Assembly: GCA_976551045.1 (NCBI GenBank)
Contig: CDPCPM010000045.1
Location: 15,066,001 to 15,130,000, forward strand
Direction of reading: 5' to 3'
Source: Glaucostegus cemiculus
Lineage: Eukaryota
DNA: 64,000 nt
Part shown: positions 1 to 13,420 of the stretch, one piece after another
Numbering within the stretch: position 1 is the first letter of the stretch
How the letters are laid out: every line of letters starts with the position of its first letter
Program-made: the position numbers and the translations under genes
Notes under the pieces: model-generated
Told to the model about the DNA's origin: nothing
What the model saw: only the letters and a program-made list of their open reading frames with translations
The model's database searches: none

Positions 1-469
1 ATTAGTAGAGACATGCAAAGAACCAGGGGCTACAGTCTGTAACTCATCAGCAATCATTTCTTCATTATAATTATATTCTCCAGTCATTAATAATTACTGC
101 TTTTCCTTGTGATACGAGAGCTGATTGAGGAGATAGAATACATCATGTCTCCTTATTCAGCCTTCTTGTCCATGTTTCTTTTTCAAGCCTTAGACAAGCT
201 CCTTCAGTAATTCCATAAATAAAATCTAATCTTACTTTGTGAAAAATGTTGTGAATTCCTGTATCTTTTTCCTGCAGAAATTATTCTTTGCATTGACAGT
301 CAACAGAGTCTCAGACATATTATTTTATCTTTAAAACATCAAATCAATCCATTGAGATTAATGGAAAGGAAAATTGGCTGCTAGTGTAGGTGGTTTCTCC
401 TCATATTGCTAAAAGTTAAAATGACACCTTTTCTGTGAACTGCAGTATCACAATTGTTTCAGAAATACT

Positions 470-1121
470 TTTTATTCATTCATTATGGGTGTCATCTATT
501 ACCCATCTTCAACTGAAAATGAAGAGACAGTTAGCAATCATGTTGCTGGGTCTGGAGTCACATACACGCCAGACCAGGTGAAGATTTCTGCCCTGAAAGA
601 CTTTACTAAGGCTGGATATGTTCCTTCAACAATCAGGTTCCTGGACGTGAAATGTTATTTGCTTCTCCTTCCAGAGATGCTGCCTGACCTGCTGAGTGTT
701 TCCAACATTTTCTGTTTTTATTTCAGATTTCCAGCATTTTTTGAGTTTTCGTTCACTGTAGAATATACCGCCACTTCTCTTCCAGGAATTCCAACCTTGA
801 AGAAGTTCTCCACTGCCCTCTGGCAGGGCTTCCACCTGTCACTTTTGCCTGGTTCACCCTCAGTGGTTTCTCAGGAAGAATTCTAGACCTGCAACGTTAA
901 CAACTTCTCTTTCCACAGATGCAGCCTGACCTGCTGAGCATTTCCAGCATTTTCTGTTTTAATATACAAGAGTCAGTAGTTCTGGGCTTACTTTTATAGA
1001 GGTTAACTTATTTTAAAAATTCCAGATTTAATTATCAGCATTTGAATTCCCGAGTTGCCAAGGTGGGAATCAAACTCATTTCTGTGAATGCTAGCCCAGT
1101 AACTTAACCATTACACCACTG
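470..1121 (-). mobile_element. tRNA-headed SINE (window family B), interrupted by Penelope-type terminal repeats
   Basis: Reverse-complement similarity to the more complete copy at 44930-45308 (head near 1121, ...tgaatgaataaa tail near 470). Confidence 0.6.
630..960 (+). mobile_element. Two tandem Penelope-like terminal repeat fragments
   Basis: Two copies of agatgc(t/a)gcctgacctgctgag..ttcca(a/g)cattttctgtttt, the same motif that ends the GIY-YIG element at 20180-21195. Confidence 0.7.
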
Positions 1122-1610
1122 CGGCTGGATCAAGCTCTCTGAGTCCTCTCTTCCCAACACATCACATCATTATGATGGACACATTGTATAATACATGGTA
1201 ACCTCCTCCTGCTCCTCTTTTGAGAACAATGGGCTCATTGAGTTTCCACATCTGCTCCTTGTGCCATTCTCGGAACTGAACTGGTCGCCCTGGATGAATT
1301 TCCAGTTTCACTTCACCCAGAATGCTTTAAGTTTTATTCAGCACCAGGCTGACTGCACATAAGATCCCAATCTCCAATCAAACTACAGGAGATGCATAAA
1401 TCCAAAATCTCCTCCATCCACCCCTAGGTCTTTACTGATGACATGCTGTGATGATCAAAGGAACCAATGGAAGAATCACTGATACAAGTAAGATTCCTGG
1501 GGAATCACTTCTTGTCAATGATAACTACATCTGTGCTCACAACTAGCCCCAAGCTAAATATCATTCCTCATCCCTAAAATTACTGGGGCATGGTGGAGGG
1601 CAATTGTAAC

Positions 1611-1725
1611 ATTGGTTTATTATTGTCACATGTACAGAGATACAGTGAAAAACTTCTGTTTGTGTGCTGATCATGCCATACATAAGTACATCAAGGCAGT
1701 AAAGAGAAAACAGAATGCAGAATAA
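1611..1725 (-). mobile_element. Short LINE 3'-tail fragment (Rex/RTE-like); related copies at about 31859-32010 and 37903-38016
   Basis: attggtttattattgtcacatgtac.gagatacagtgaaaa... recurs in the window. Confidence 0.6.
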
Positions 1726-2032
1726 GAATATGAATATTTCTCTTTTAGTTTAAGACTCATAACAAAAATCCTCGGAGTATATTTTCGTCCAGTCCACCTT
1801 CACTAATTTCAAAAGCATCTACTCCTTTGCTAGAGTTAAAGAACAGGGAAAAGTTAAAGAGAGGCTGTTGCAGGAAATAGATGGCTGGTTAATAATGAAC
1901 ATCAGTGAGTTAATGAAAATTGTGTCAAGTAAATTATAGCCCCACACCTCTGCAGACTGACATAAGGACTCGGGGTGACACTTGGCCTGGACCAGAATAG
2001 GGTCTCTGAAAACACACTCTAAAACATTTGAG

Positions 2033-2253
2033 GAGACACAGGAGACTGCAGATGCTGGAATCTGGCGCAACAAGCAATCTGCTGGAGGAACTCAGTGTGT
2101 TGAGCAACATTTGTAGGGGGAAAGGAATGGTCAATGTTTTGGGTTGAAGCCCTGCATCAGTCCTGATGCAGGGTTTTGACCTGAAATGTCAACATTTCCT
2201 TTCCTCCCACAGATGCTGCTCGACCCGCTGAGTTCCTCCAGCAGATTGTTTGT
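2033..2253. mobile_element. Inverted pair of Penelope-like terminal repeats
   Basis: Arms 2070-2160 and 2163-2253 are approximate reverse complements around ccctgcatcag-tc-ctgatgcaggg. Confidence 0.8.
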
Positions 2254-2409
2254 AAGACCTTTGTGGTTTATTTATTTTCTGCTTCTTCAGTTCTGCCAGC
2301 TACAGGAGGAAAACGTAATGCAGAGATTTACAATTAGTTTTTCACTGATAACTATGTTTTGCATAGATTTTATTTATAGATGCTTAATGTATAACTGAAG
2401 TTAAGAGTA

Positions 2410-2900
2410 AGTCAGGTTGAACAGGTTAGAGGGTAATGGGAGAATTGTACTCAAGTGAAGGTAGGGACAAGGTAGCAGTTGGGAAGGAGACTACAGGAGA
2501 GAGATGGAGATGTGTAGAAAGTGGGAGGAAGAGTAAGTGGCTGGACAGGGATGAAAGTAGAAGAGTAGACAATGATGGGGTATTTGTTAATGGCCTGATA
2601 GCTGCTTCCTCCCAATGGCAGGAGAATGAAAAAACATGAGAGGAAGTAGGCGAGAAGGAGAGGAGGCAAGGGTAACTTGAGACTGGCACTTGTTCAGCTT
2701 CCATCTCAAATGGAGCGTAGTCAGTCAGGGTGAACCATTCTGTGCCAGTGCTCAATACCATTTTCAGGGATTTGGGGGGAAGGCAGGAACAGGTGGGGTG
2801 ACATTTTTCTCCTTTGGTGGCCAAGAGGAACATTAAGGATTTTTCTCTGAAGGTGAGGAACGGTGCCGAGCAATTTCTGGATGTGGTTCTTGTTTCGGTA
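2410..2900 (-). mobile_element. Highly decayed Penelope-like 3' fragment
   Basis: Pyrimidine-rich tail on the minus strand and faint similarity to the GIY-YIG region at 20.5 kb. Confidence 0.35.
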
Positions 2901-3396
2901 TCTCTCTCTAAGATACTGGAGGACTGTGGGAATTGAAACCAACAAGGACTTACATTGTGCAAAGCAGTATTCCACACAGTGGTTTAATCTAAAGAGACAG
3001 ACCACTTTTGCACAGGCAGACAGGCAGACTTTCTGGCAAGCTATCCACTGAATAATTGTATTAACGACACAGAGGGAAGTTGGTCACATTTCACAATTCT
3101 TAAAGTGATATCAGCAGACATTGCATGCATTAAGTCTCCATAATAATGAAAAGAAGGGAAAATTGACACCCAAAGTAACTGTTCAATCTCTGTGTTTTAC
3201 GTTAGCATAAAGTCCTCTGAATTGCTCGTGAAATTTGGCTTCTTGTCTATTCCTATGACATGGAACATCCAATTGCATTGTGACGTCTTGCGATTTATGG
3301 TATGGTGGGTGTCCAGTGACCCTGCCTTCTGCCAGGTCTAGCAACAGTACACTGTCTCTCTAACCCTTAGCAGTGGCAGCCCATTGGCACCAGTGG

Positions 3397-3531
3397 CAGT
3401 CCTTATGCAGGGTTTCAACTCGCAATGTCAACAATTCCTTTCCTCCCACTGATGCTGCTTGACCTGTTGAGTTTCTCCAGCAGATTATTTGTTGCTCCAG
3501 ATTCCTGCATCTGCATTCTCTTGAATCTCTG
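3397..3531 (+). mobile_element. Penelope-like terminal repeat fragment
   Basis: Closely similar to the right arm at 2163-2253. Confidence 0.7.
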
Positions 3532-5607
3532 TAGTAGTGAACTTGTCTTTTATAGACCACCTCTATTGGTCTGCCTGCACCTTCATGTACTTCTGGTTTC
3601 CCTGTTCTGTGATTAATATCTGCATATTCATTTGTGAGTTATGTAGTTAAACCTTCCCACTCCTGTCATGTTGTACCTCTATCAGTCTCTGCTACTGGCC
3701 TGCTACTCAAAGTACCAGTGTGAGATCTTTCTGGTCTCCACAATGAAATCTACCTTGTATCATGCTTGATTCTGTGGGCTCACGAGCTTCACAGAACATC
3801 TTCCAGTTGGCTTCACTATATTCTTGGGATGCACGAACAGCACATGACTCATTGATTTAACTGCTCCACTTCAGGACAGATGGTTTGCTTTGGCTCGACT
3901 CGTCTTGGGAGCAAGTACATAATGTTCAACTGACACTGTGAATCTGACCCTACTTCTGTCTCTGTAAGTCCCATCTCACCCATTCCACAGATCTGCGATA
4001 TTCTCCTCATCGTACACAACTTGTAGAAATGATTTCCAATCCACATCATGTGCGTTTTGTTGTCCCTGTACTTGCTACCTCTGAGCCAACTTGGCTGTGC
4101 TCAACCCATTCCTCCTTTTGTTCCCCTGCTTCACCACATGCACTTCCTTCTGGTTATCGTTCAACATTTCTAGCCTGACTTTGAAAAGCTCTGCAACTTT
4201 GTAGGTCTGCCTGCACTTCTCTAGACTTAACTCCATCTTACATAAAGCTGTTTCCTCAGGCTGGACTCCACAAATTACCTAATAGCTGAAGAGCAAATCC
4301 TTCATATCTGTGAAACTTTAATCATCTTCTAACAGAGCTAAAACTGTTAAGAAAATAAGAAAGGATTCCCCCTGCTCCAAGTGGCATGCAAAGACCTGGT
4401 AACAATCAACTGTTTCATTTGCAGATGGGCTTCAATATGCTCGCAATCCAGCAAATGCATTCTCCGGGGTCTCATCTGAGGGATTTATGGTTATAGTAGG
4501 ATTCTCTACTCTTGTGACCAGTGGGATACAACAACATCTTTAATGTCTGTTCAGGTTTATCCAGCCTTATACAATTCCACATAAAATGTGAATTCTTTCC
4601 TCCACTGTCTCCATTCTTAAGACAGGTTACTTGCTACAAGATCCAGCTGTTTGGATGGCTTTATTTGCTGTATCATGTCCTCTCTCACTCGAATCGCACA
4701 GCTCAGTGTTTCCAAGTGCAAGTTCACATTTTATCTCAACTGATTGGGATCACACCTGGAGTTCAGTGTTCTGTTTCAAGCACAGCATCCAAGTTTCCCA
4801 GCTTCATCAATCTGCACACCTGTTATCTTCTTTCAGGATTTCTCTCAATTGGTGGGTAGTCAATAATTTAAACTAACAGAATTCTATTTCTAAAATCTTA
4901 TATTCTCATAGAGAGATAGATACAGCATAGAAATGGAGCCTTTGGCCCACCAAGTCTGCACTGATTAAGACTCTACCACTCACCTACACACTGGGGAAGT
5001 TTACAATGGCCAATTAATGTACCAGCCTAACACATCTGACTTATAATTCTACAAAGCAACATTTCTTGCAGTGACTTTGTGTACAGAGACGGTACTTCTG
5101 GAGGCTTTTACAGAGGTAAGCAGGCTTTCTGGCAGTTTCTACACCCAAAAATATCTAATTATAATGTAATAAATAATATATAAAAATAATATATAATTAA
5201 GAGCAGTTAGCACATTTAACAAAGTGGTGCCGACCAGGACATAAGTAACAATTCTTGAATTGACACATATTGTTCCTCATTGAATAGCAGAAAGAGCCAG
5301 GGAGTGATTTCCTCCAACGGGGAGCCAGGGAGAGATACAATAATGTCCTAACATGGGTGCAAAGGCCAACCTCAGATGGAAACTTGGCATTTCCCATCCC
5401 ACACTCAGCCCTCCTATACAAATGATTCCTGCTGGAGAACATGCTTACAGTATACATATGGGCAATTTGATGCAGTTGTACTGGAAAGGCTTTTATTCTC
5501 TACATGAATCTTCTTTCATTCTAACAGTTCATCACATCCTTTTTGTGATGTATTTGTCTTTTCCCCACATGTTTTTTTTAGCTTACACCAAGTGTCAGCA
5601 GGCTTCA

Positions 5608-6680
5608 CATAGAGTCATAGAGTTATATAGCAGAGAAACAGGCCCTTTGGCCCACTATGTCTCTGCCTACCATTGTGCCTATCTGTGTTGCTTTCCACCT
5701 ACACTCCCAATTGATCTACATACTGTTGTAACCTTGGACAATCTTCTTCACTGTCCACCATACCACCAATTTAGGTGTCATTAGCAAACTTAATAATCAT
5801 GTCACCAACATTCTCATGCTAATCATTAATATATATGACAAACAACAGAGGACCCAGCACTGTTGCCTGCAGCGCACTGCTGGTTACAGGCCTCTAATCT
5901 GAAAACCAACCCTCTTATTTTATCCAATTGGCTAGTTCATCCTGGATCCCACGTGCTCTAACCTTGTGGACCAGCCTACCGTGCAGGACCTTGTCAAAGG
6001 CCTTGTTAAAATCCATATAGATAACATCTACCATCCTACTCTTGTCAGTTTTCTTAGTCACCTCTTCAGAAAACTATCAAATTTGTGAGATATGATTTCC
6101 CACACTAAAAGCCATGCCGACTATCCCTAATCAGTTCTTGCCTTTCCAAACAAATCCTGTCTCTCAGGATCCCTTCCAATAACCTTCCCACCACTGATGT
6201 AAGGCTCACCAGCCTGCAGTGCCCTGGCTTATTCCTGCTGCCCTTCTTAAATAAAGACACAACATTAGCCATCCACCAGTCTTCCGGTACCTCACCTGCT
6301 AAAGAAGATAGAAAAATCTCTGCCAGGGCCCTAGTAATCTCCTCTCTTGCTTCCCAGAACTTCCTAGGATGTGCCTGGTCAGGCCTCAGGGATTCATCCA
6401 CCTTTACGCATTTCAAGATCTCCAACACCTCCTCCCTTGTACTGTTGCTGTGCTCCGGGATATTACTATTCCCTGAACTCTCTAGTTTCCGTGATTTCCT
6501 GCATGTAAATACAGATGAGAAGTATTCATCTAAGGACTCTCCCACTTCCTGTGGCTGACACATAGATGACCACACTGATCCTTATGGAGACCTACTCTCT
6601 CCCTATCTACCCTTTTACACTTAATATACTTACAGACTGTTTTAGGTTTCTCCTTTATCTAATCTGCTGGGGATATCTCA
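5608..6680 (-). mobile_element. CR1-clade LINE fragment, internally deleted
   Basis: ORF 6105-6575 has PEDWWMANVVSLFKKGSRNKPGHCRLVSLTSVVGRLLEGIL...HGF (CR1 RT start); catagagt tandem tail at 5608. Confidence 0.85.
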
Positions 6681-7686
6681 AGGCCCCACATTCAATGGAC
6701 AGTATGGCCACATGGACCAAAGAGTCCTCCTACACAAAGGTCAGTGTTACTGTGAATTTACTGCCAGCTTTTATTCCTTCATTCAGAAACATTCCCAATG
6801 ATCTTGATTATCCTCTGCAATATTTTATGGTACAAACTTTTATGTAAAAGGATTAATTTTGCCTTATGTGAGCCTTGGCCTGGAAAACCTTAAGATTTGA
6901 CAAGCTTCAAGAGGAGACTTTGTAGTAAGTGTGTTTTATATTGGATGAGATAGGAACCATGTGAAAAAGTAATTGCACAAGGGCTCTTTAAAAAAAGTTG
7001 GCAAAAATTTTTGAGTAATAATATGTCAGACTTGCCAAATCTGGAGAAAAATGCTTCAGTGATCATATCTAATAACTGGTATCTGCATATGGATTTAATT
7101 AGAAAACATAAGCAAATAAGCAATGACTTTCACATGTTTAAAATTACTATAGACTGTAATTTTTTCACTTGAACAGGTAATTGTTGAGCTTGCTGTGTCC
7201 GGTAAATACTCAACATCTCAGCTGCCACACATTGCAGGATCTTAACAATGTAGCAGCTGACACTGTGCTGTAGATCTTCCGAACGTTTCCCTCCATGGAA
7301 CCCAAGCTAGACTGCCAGTATCCGTCTGAAAACAGTTTGGATGGTAGATTCCAGTAGCACCAAAATGCTTGAAGTGGAAAGGGACAAGACAGGAAGGAAA
7401 TGGGAGTGGAACCTAAATCTGTGCAGTTCCTTCTGTGAAACCTCAAACATTCAGTGGGTGGAGTAGGAGCGAGACAGCTGATCTGGAGCTAGGAATTCCA
7501 CCCAGAAGACCATCTTCAGGCCAAGCAGATAATAGCAAACATGAATCTCATACGGGAAATCAAAGACCCCAAATACTGCAAAACAGATAAATTAATTACC
7601 TCTGATTAAAAACTTATGTTTTTCCCTTTGGAAAATATTAAAACTTTAAAACTTTAAAGTTTTGTTATCATGTGTATAAATAAAAC

Positions 7687-7920
7687 TTTATTTCTACACA
7701 TGATAACAGACCCTTCTGGCCCAGTGAGTCTGTGCTGCCCATTTAAACCCATGTTAACCTACCCCTACGTCTTTGGAATGTGGGAGGAAACCATAGCAAC
7801 CGGAGGAAACCCACATGGACACAGGGAGAACATACAAACTCCTTAAATACAGGGATGGGAATTGAACCCCGATCGCTGGTGCTGTAATAGCGGCACGCTA
7901 CCACTACACTACCGTGCCAC
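7687..7920 (-). mobile_element. V-SINE (HE1-like) with CR1-type tail
   Basis: tRNA A/B-box head, V-domain ggagtttgtatgttctccctgtg..gtgggtttcctccgg, tail gggccagaagggtctgtt. Confidence 0.85.
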
Positions 7921-10587
7921 CACTGAAGGTTGTCAGGATCTTCTTTGAGCCATTAAAAGCACCTTGCTCCACCTAAGATTCCTGCTAGGCACCAATGTCA
8001 GGCATCTTTGTCCTGTGAGGGATACCATTTTTAAATCATAGGCATGTGTATTAAGCTTTACAGAACAAAGGCGAGGTCCAAGTCAATCATCATTTGCTTG
8101 AATGGTAGAGAGACTCGAGGTGGAGAATGGTCTCATCCCTTAGAATTATAATGGCCCATTCCTTTGGGTTCACAATGGCATCAGTGGCTGGAATACTCAG
8201 TGGTTGGATACTCAGTGGTTGCATTTGCTGCACTCAGACCCATCTTGAGATCTGACTACTTCAAGGGCCAACAGGATGGATTTATGCAGTTGTCTATAAT
8301 ACTGGTGTTAAAGGAGGTTGGAATAAACATTCTCATTGCCTTCTCTTTCTATTCTCTCCTTTTTCAAAATGCAGCTTCCTGGATAATAAAAGCCTAGATG
8401 CATCTTTTATGGCCACTCATGGTCCAGAACACTTTCTGGGATTTGCATCATTACATTTGTCTAATTGCACTGACACTTATTGCAGCAGATAGCTTCCTTG
8501 GTAATACTTTCAAATTCACGTATTTTAGAGTTGATTTCTAATTTATAGCTCTTGGGACTGCTTTATAGGACCCCTGAGGAGTTCCTGAGACACATGAGCT
8601 GCCAGCCACGGCGGTGTCTTGGATTGACACCATGCACTGTCTGACAGTGGGTTAAGGCTGTCACTCCTAATTGCCGTTTCTTAACTTGATAATACAGGGC
8701 ATATTATTCAACACGTAGAAGAATTAAAGCCAGACCTGCTGTGTACTCTGGTGCTCAAGGCATGCCGATGATATACAATCAGCTATGTGGTCAGCGTAGC
8801 TGTGAGTGAAAGCTCACTTCCCCCATTCCTCCCAGCTCTCTTGACCCACTGTGGTGTGATGCCACAGGTCTCAGTCAAGTCTGAGACAATATCCAAGTAG
8901 TTATCTCCTTACATGGAAAATTTAATTACTAGTTTGGCACAACATTGTGGGCTGAAGGGCCTGTTACTGTGTTGCACTGTTCTATGTTCTATCACCATGA
9001 CAGGTGTTGTGGCCTAGCTCAACACAACTGAAGTGTACATAGTTCATTCCTGCAAGGGTTATTGAGTGGCCTTGAGGCAGCCTACTCTCTTTCCTGGATT
9101 ACTTTATTCTTAAAAGAAATGGTTAATTGACCCCTCAGAATCAAGCAGAAACTCCTTGTTGTGACATACTGGTCATAGCCAGAATATCTTGGTCCCAGTG
9201 AGTGCTTGAGCCGTTTATTTTCTGCTTTCCTTTGGAATTATTCAGGACGAGTACCAGTGGGCTTGAGCTGCTTTAACCCTGCAGCACTTCTCCTGCCTTT
9301 CAGGAAAATAAAACAAAACACTTGGTCCTTCGAGCCTTCTCTGCCATTTAGTAAGATCGCATAAAACCCATGCGTCTAATTATTTCACCATTTCTGTTCA
9401 TTACCTTAGTATGCTACATTTGTTAAAGAAGCTTGTTGAAATGATTTTTGTACACAATTGTGTGAGGCCGAGTCGACTAAGACAGGCTATAGAGCAAAAA
9501 TGCGTGGGTTTGACTAGTTGTCATAATGGAATTATGAAATTGCTGAATTTTCACCAAGCCTAGGGATGTGACAATAAATTGGCACACATCATTATTTTAA
9601 TATAATTGGTTATCTTTAGCTCTGTATGAAAACATATTGATCAAGGAGAAATTAAGGAGAAATATGGTATCATATCGCAAAATAATGCAAATATGCTGAT
9701 AAGTAGAATCATCCCAAATGACAGAATCTAAGAATGCTAAGATAAGCAGTTATTTTAATATGGAATCATATCTTATTATAATAATTTCTCCAGCCTGGTG
9801 CATACACAGACTTCCAATAAAAAGAATGCAGACAATCATTGTTACAGATTGCCTGGAGAAATTTTGTCTGATGTAGCCCATGAGTGCAATAAAACCAAAT
9901 AGTTACGACTTGTATTCTGCTGGCTGTGCCCTGGGATTTCCCTGGGGGCTCCTGCAATCACCTCAAATGTACAATAATGACCAGAATAGCTGGTGACTGG
10001 TTAGTCTAGCAGTGTTCCTGACAGTATTATCGCAGCATTGCTTTCAGAAATGCTACTTTTCACAGGCTCATGGTGGCTCATATTATTTAATGCGGGCTCA
10101 GATGATAAAAACAAGATGGTATTCAGAGCAAAGGATGCAAGAAATCAGGTCATGTAGCTCTTTTTTGGGTGTTATGTGATTCAACCAATGAAAAATCACT
10201 CACAAAGGAAAATTGTGGACCTACTGCAAATCTCATAAAGAGTAAATTTGCTTTCAAATTCTCAATGCATTCGAAGTGTTAGGCACAGAAAGCTCAGTGT
10301 AACTGTGTGCATTGCACATCTGGAAGCCGCTTCAAGGATCTTAGTCAATTCCATTGTGGCTTACATACAGTTTAGTCTGTTCATGCATAAGCGGGTTTTC
10401 ACGGCACTTGAGGACTGCTTCATCAGTGGAGCAGGTCCCAGTCACTGAGACCATTGCTGGGAACCATCTTTAGGTAGGTCTTCGTTAAGCAGTATATATT
10501 TAGCATGTCTCCCCTTCGGCTCATTGATCTCAAGTTCAACCATTTATTCTCCACTGTACCAGTCTCCTGGCCTGACCCTCAGTCTGT

Positions 10588-10876
10588 CACGGTAGTGTAG
10601 TGGTTAGCGTAACGCTTTACAGCGCCAGCAACCTGGGTTCCTTTCTGGCTGCTGTCTGTAAGGAGTTTGTACATTCTCCCTGTGTCTGCGTGGGTTTCCT
10701 CCGGGTGCTCCAGTTTCCTCTCACATTCCAAAGGCGTACAGGTTAGGAAGCTGTGGGCATGCTATGTTGGCGCCGGAAGCGTGGCGACACTTGAGGGCTG
10801 CCCCCAGAACACTACGCAAGAAATGCATTTCACTGTGTGTTTCAATGTACATGTGACTAATAAAGATCTTATCTTA
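10588..10876 (+). mobile_element. V-SINE, young family with (atctt)n tail
   Basis: cacggtagtgtagtggttagc..ctgggttc head, V-domain, tail tgtacatgtgactaataaagatcttatctta; close copies at 35381 and 36398. Confidence 0.9.
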
Positions 10877-12809
10877 CATACTTACCCAATTCACACCCCA
10901 GTCTCCCCAGCTGATCATCAAGCACTGATAAACACTAACCTGCAGCCCCATCACCAGTCCTTCTCCCCATTTCTTTAGATCTCAATTTCCACCCACACAC
11001 ACACAGTCAAAATTGAACCCTGCAAACCACCACCAACCACCATGATCCCACCTCCCCCCACCACATCCCCAAATGTGGGCTTAATTAGACCAATGACTCT
11101 GGATTGGGCAAAGGAACGTCGCATAAATATCTCATAAGAACATATTTAGCAATTGTGCTAATTCTTGCATATAGCAATTTCTATGCTTCACTATTTCTGC
11201 CGTGGAATGTGCCATCTGCTTTAAATGCACAAGGTTGATTCAGGACAGCAATGGGTATGTAATCTTAAGCAATACTATTCTTCATAATTGTTCTGCTTTC
11301 CATCAGTAGTTCAACACATGCTTTAAGAAAAAAATTGAACTTGTCCTACTGGATTTGCCTGGTAATTTCAAATCCCAAGTAAGAAATTAGAGCAACCTTC
11401 ACTTAAATTGAGTGCTTCTGAAGAATCTTTAATCTAAGCCTTTTTTACTGGGAAAAGGAGGGGAAGGATTAGAATTCAAAGGGACTGTGAAGTATTTTAA
11501 TAAACTTTCAGGCAGCGCTTTCCAAGCAGAATGGTACGTGACCAGAACTATCAGTGTTTGTTTATCTGCAGCCCTGAATCTCCAAGGCAGCTTTGGTCTT
11601 TAGAGCCTGTCTTTGGCAGCCTTCAGTGTGCTGCTCTGATGTGACATAGCTTCTCCTGAGTCCTGAGAGTTGCCCACAATATGAGTATTCATGTTGCCCT
11701 TTTCAGCAAGCATTACGCTTATATTCTTGCAGGCCAGGTAAAATCTTTCAAAAGCCCATAAGCCTTTCAGGTGATGCCTTTACTGCAGATGAAACAAAAG
11801 AGCAGTTTGATAGCTTTTGCGTCCATTACTGGAAAACTATCTTACTGAATAAGCATTCACAAAACCATTGCTTTGTGGTTTATATGAGAGCTTCTGGACT
11901 TCAGTGATTTTAAATACACTCTTTTCATATTTCTGCTGCGTTCCTATGCCCTTTGCAATGCATGGAGAAGTTCTGGGGCATTAACTGATTTCTATGCCCC
12001 TTTCTCTGTTATTTGTTCCTTTCTTTTGTCTGGGTTATGCACAAAATTCCTGCCCCAGAATGGGGGTGTTGCACGTGATTATTTTCAGTCCTCTGCCTGC
12101 GTATTAGAATCACAGAGCAGTTACATCATGGAAGCATGCCATTCCGCCCATCTGTTGTGTCTCTAGAAAATTCTCCTGATTGTGCAATAGAGAGAGATCC
12201 CAGATGATGCACTGTTTAATTTTCCTTCTTTCTCTACCTTACTTCAACAGGAATGCTCTATTGATAATCAGAGTTTATGTTGTCCAAGAGGATTTTGAAC
12301 CTTAATTAGACTTGGTTGTGCCACTGGTTATCAACACATGACCCCACCTCTAGCCACTAATTTCATCTGCAATTTCAGTTTGTAAAGATTGTGAAGTTTT
12401 TCCTGTTTTACTAACCTTGACAGAAATGTCTATTACGCACAACCTCAAACTAATTACTGGCATGTTACTCACCAGATAATTTCGCTCTTTAAAGTTTTTC
12501 CAAGAAAATTGTAAACTGTGCACCTCCTCAAACTCATTCCATTTTCCCTCTTGAATCTGATGCTTCCAAAGGGCAGATACAGTATTGACAAGGGAACACT
12601 TCATCACACTTCTCTTGACCTAGATATTGGATCTCATCAGATTTCTTCTGTGCAGTGGGATGTAATATGGATAGATAAGTAACAAATGGCAGCTGCAATA
12701 TCTTTTGTTGTGTTTAATGCTATGTTGGAAATTTGACCTGGTAGTTCTAATTTTTCTTGTCCTTGTGCCAATCACCTGATCAGCAAAATTCACTGATGTT
12801 AAAGCCATG

Positions 12810-13420
12810 GAGTTGAACAGCATAGAGACGTGTCCTTTGGCCCACCACTTTTTGCTGTTCTACACTAATCCTATTTGTACGCACTAGGTCTGTATCTTTC
12901 TTTGCCTTGCCTGTCTCTTAAATGTAGTACTTATATCTTTCATTACTAAAGTCGTCCGATCCAGGCAACATCGTGGTGAATCTCCTTGGCACGCTCTCCA
13001 GTACAACATTGTTGCTATGGTGTGGTGACCAAAACTGTACACAATACTCCCAAGGGTGGGCTAAGCAGTATTTTGTCAAGTTGCAATATAATGTTCCAAC
13101 TTTTATCTTCTATGTTCTGACCTATGAAGACCAGCGTGCCATATGGCTTCTTCACCACTCTATCCACCTGGGTTGTCACTTTCAGGAAACTATGAGCTTG
13201 AAGCCCATGGCCCTCTTTTCATCAACATACATTTACTGCATATGTCCTACCCCAATGTGACTTCCCAAAATGCATGACCTTCCATGTCAGGATTAAATTC
13301 CATCTGCTAACACTCTACCCAACTTTCCATATGATCTCTATCCTGCTGTAGCTTTAGATAATCTTTCTCGCTAGTGTACGCCACAAATGTACGAATCGTG
13401 CCTCCTACATTCACATCCAT
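12810..13420 (-). mobile_element. Decayed CR1 3' fragment
   Basis: Reverse strand reads ..[10 protein letters not shown]..; CR1-type tail near 12820. Confidence 0.7.

Noticed and set aside
8181-8222. Short local tandem duplications (also about 49167-49201)
   Set aside because: Ordinary slippage-type duplications with no sign of function.
10588-10660. tRNA genes at SINE heads (also 35381, 36398, 44930)
   Set aside because: A/B boxes run straight into SINE bodies and no complete cloverleaf is evident.
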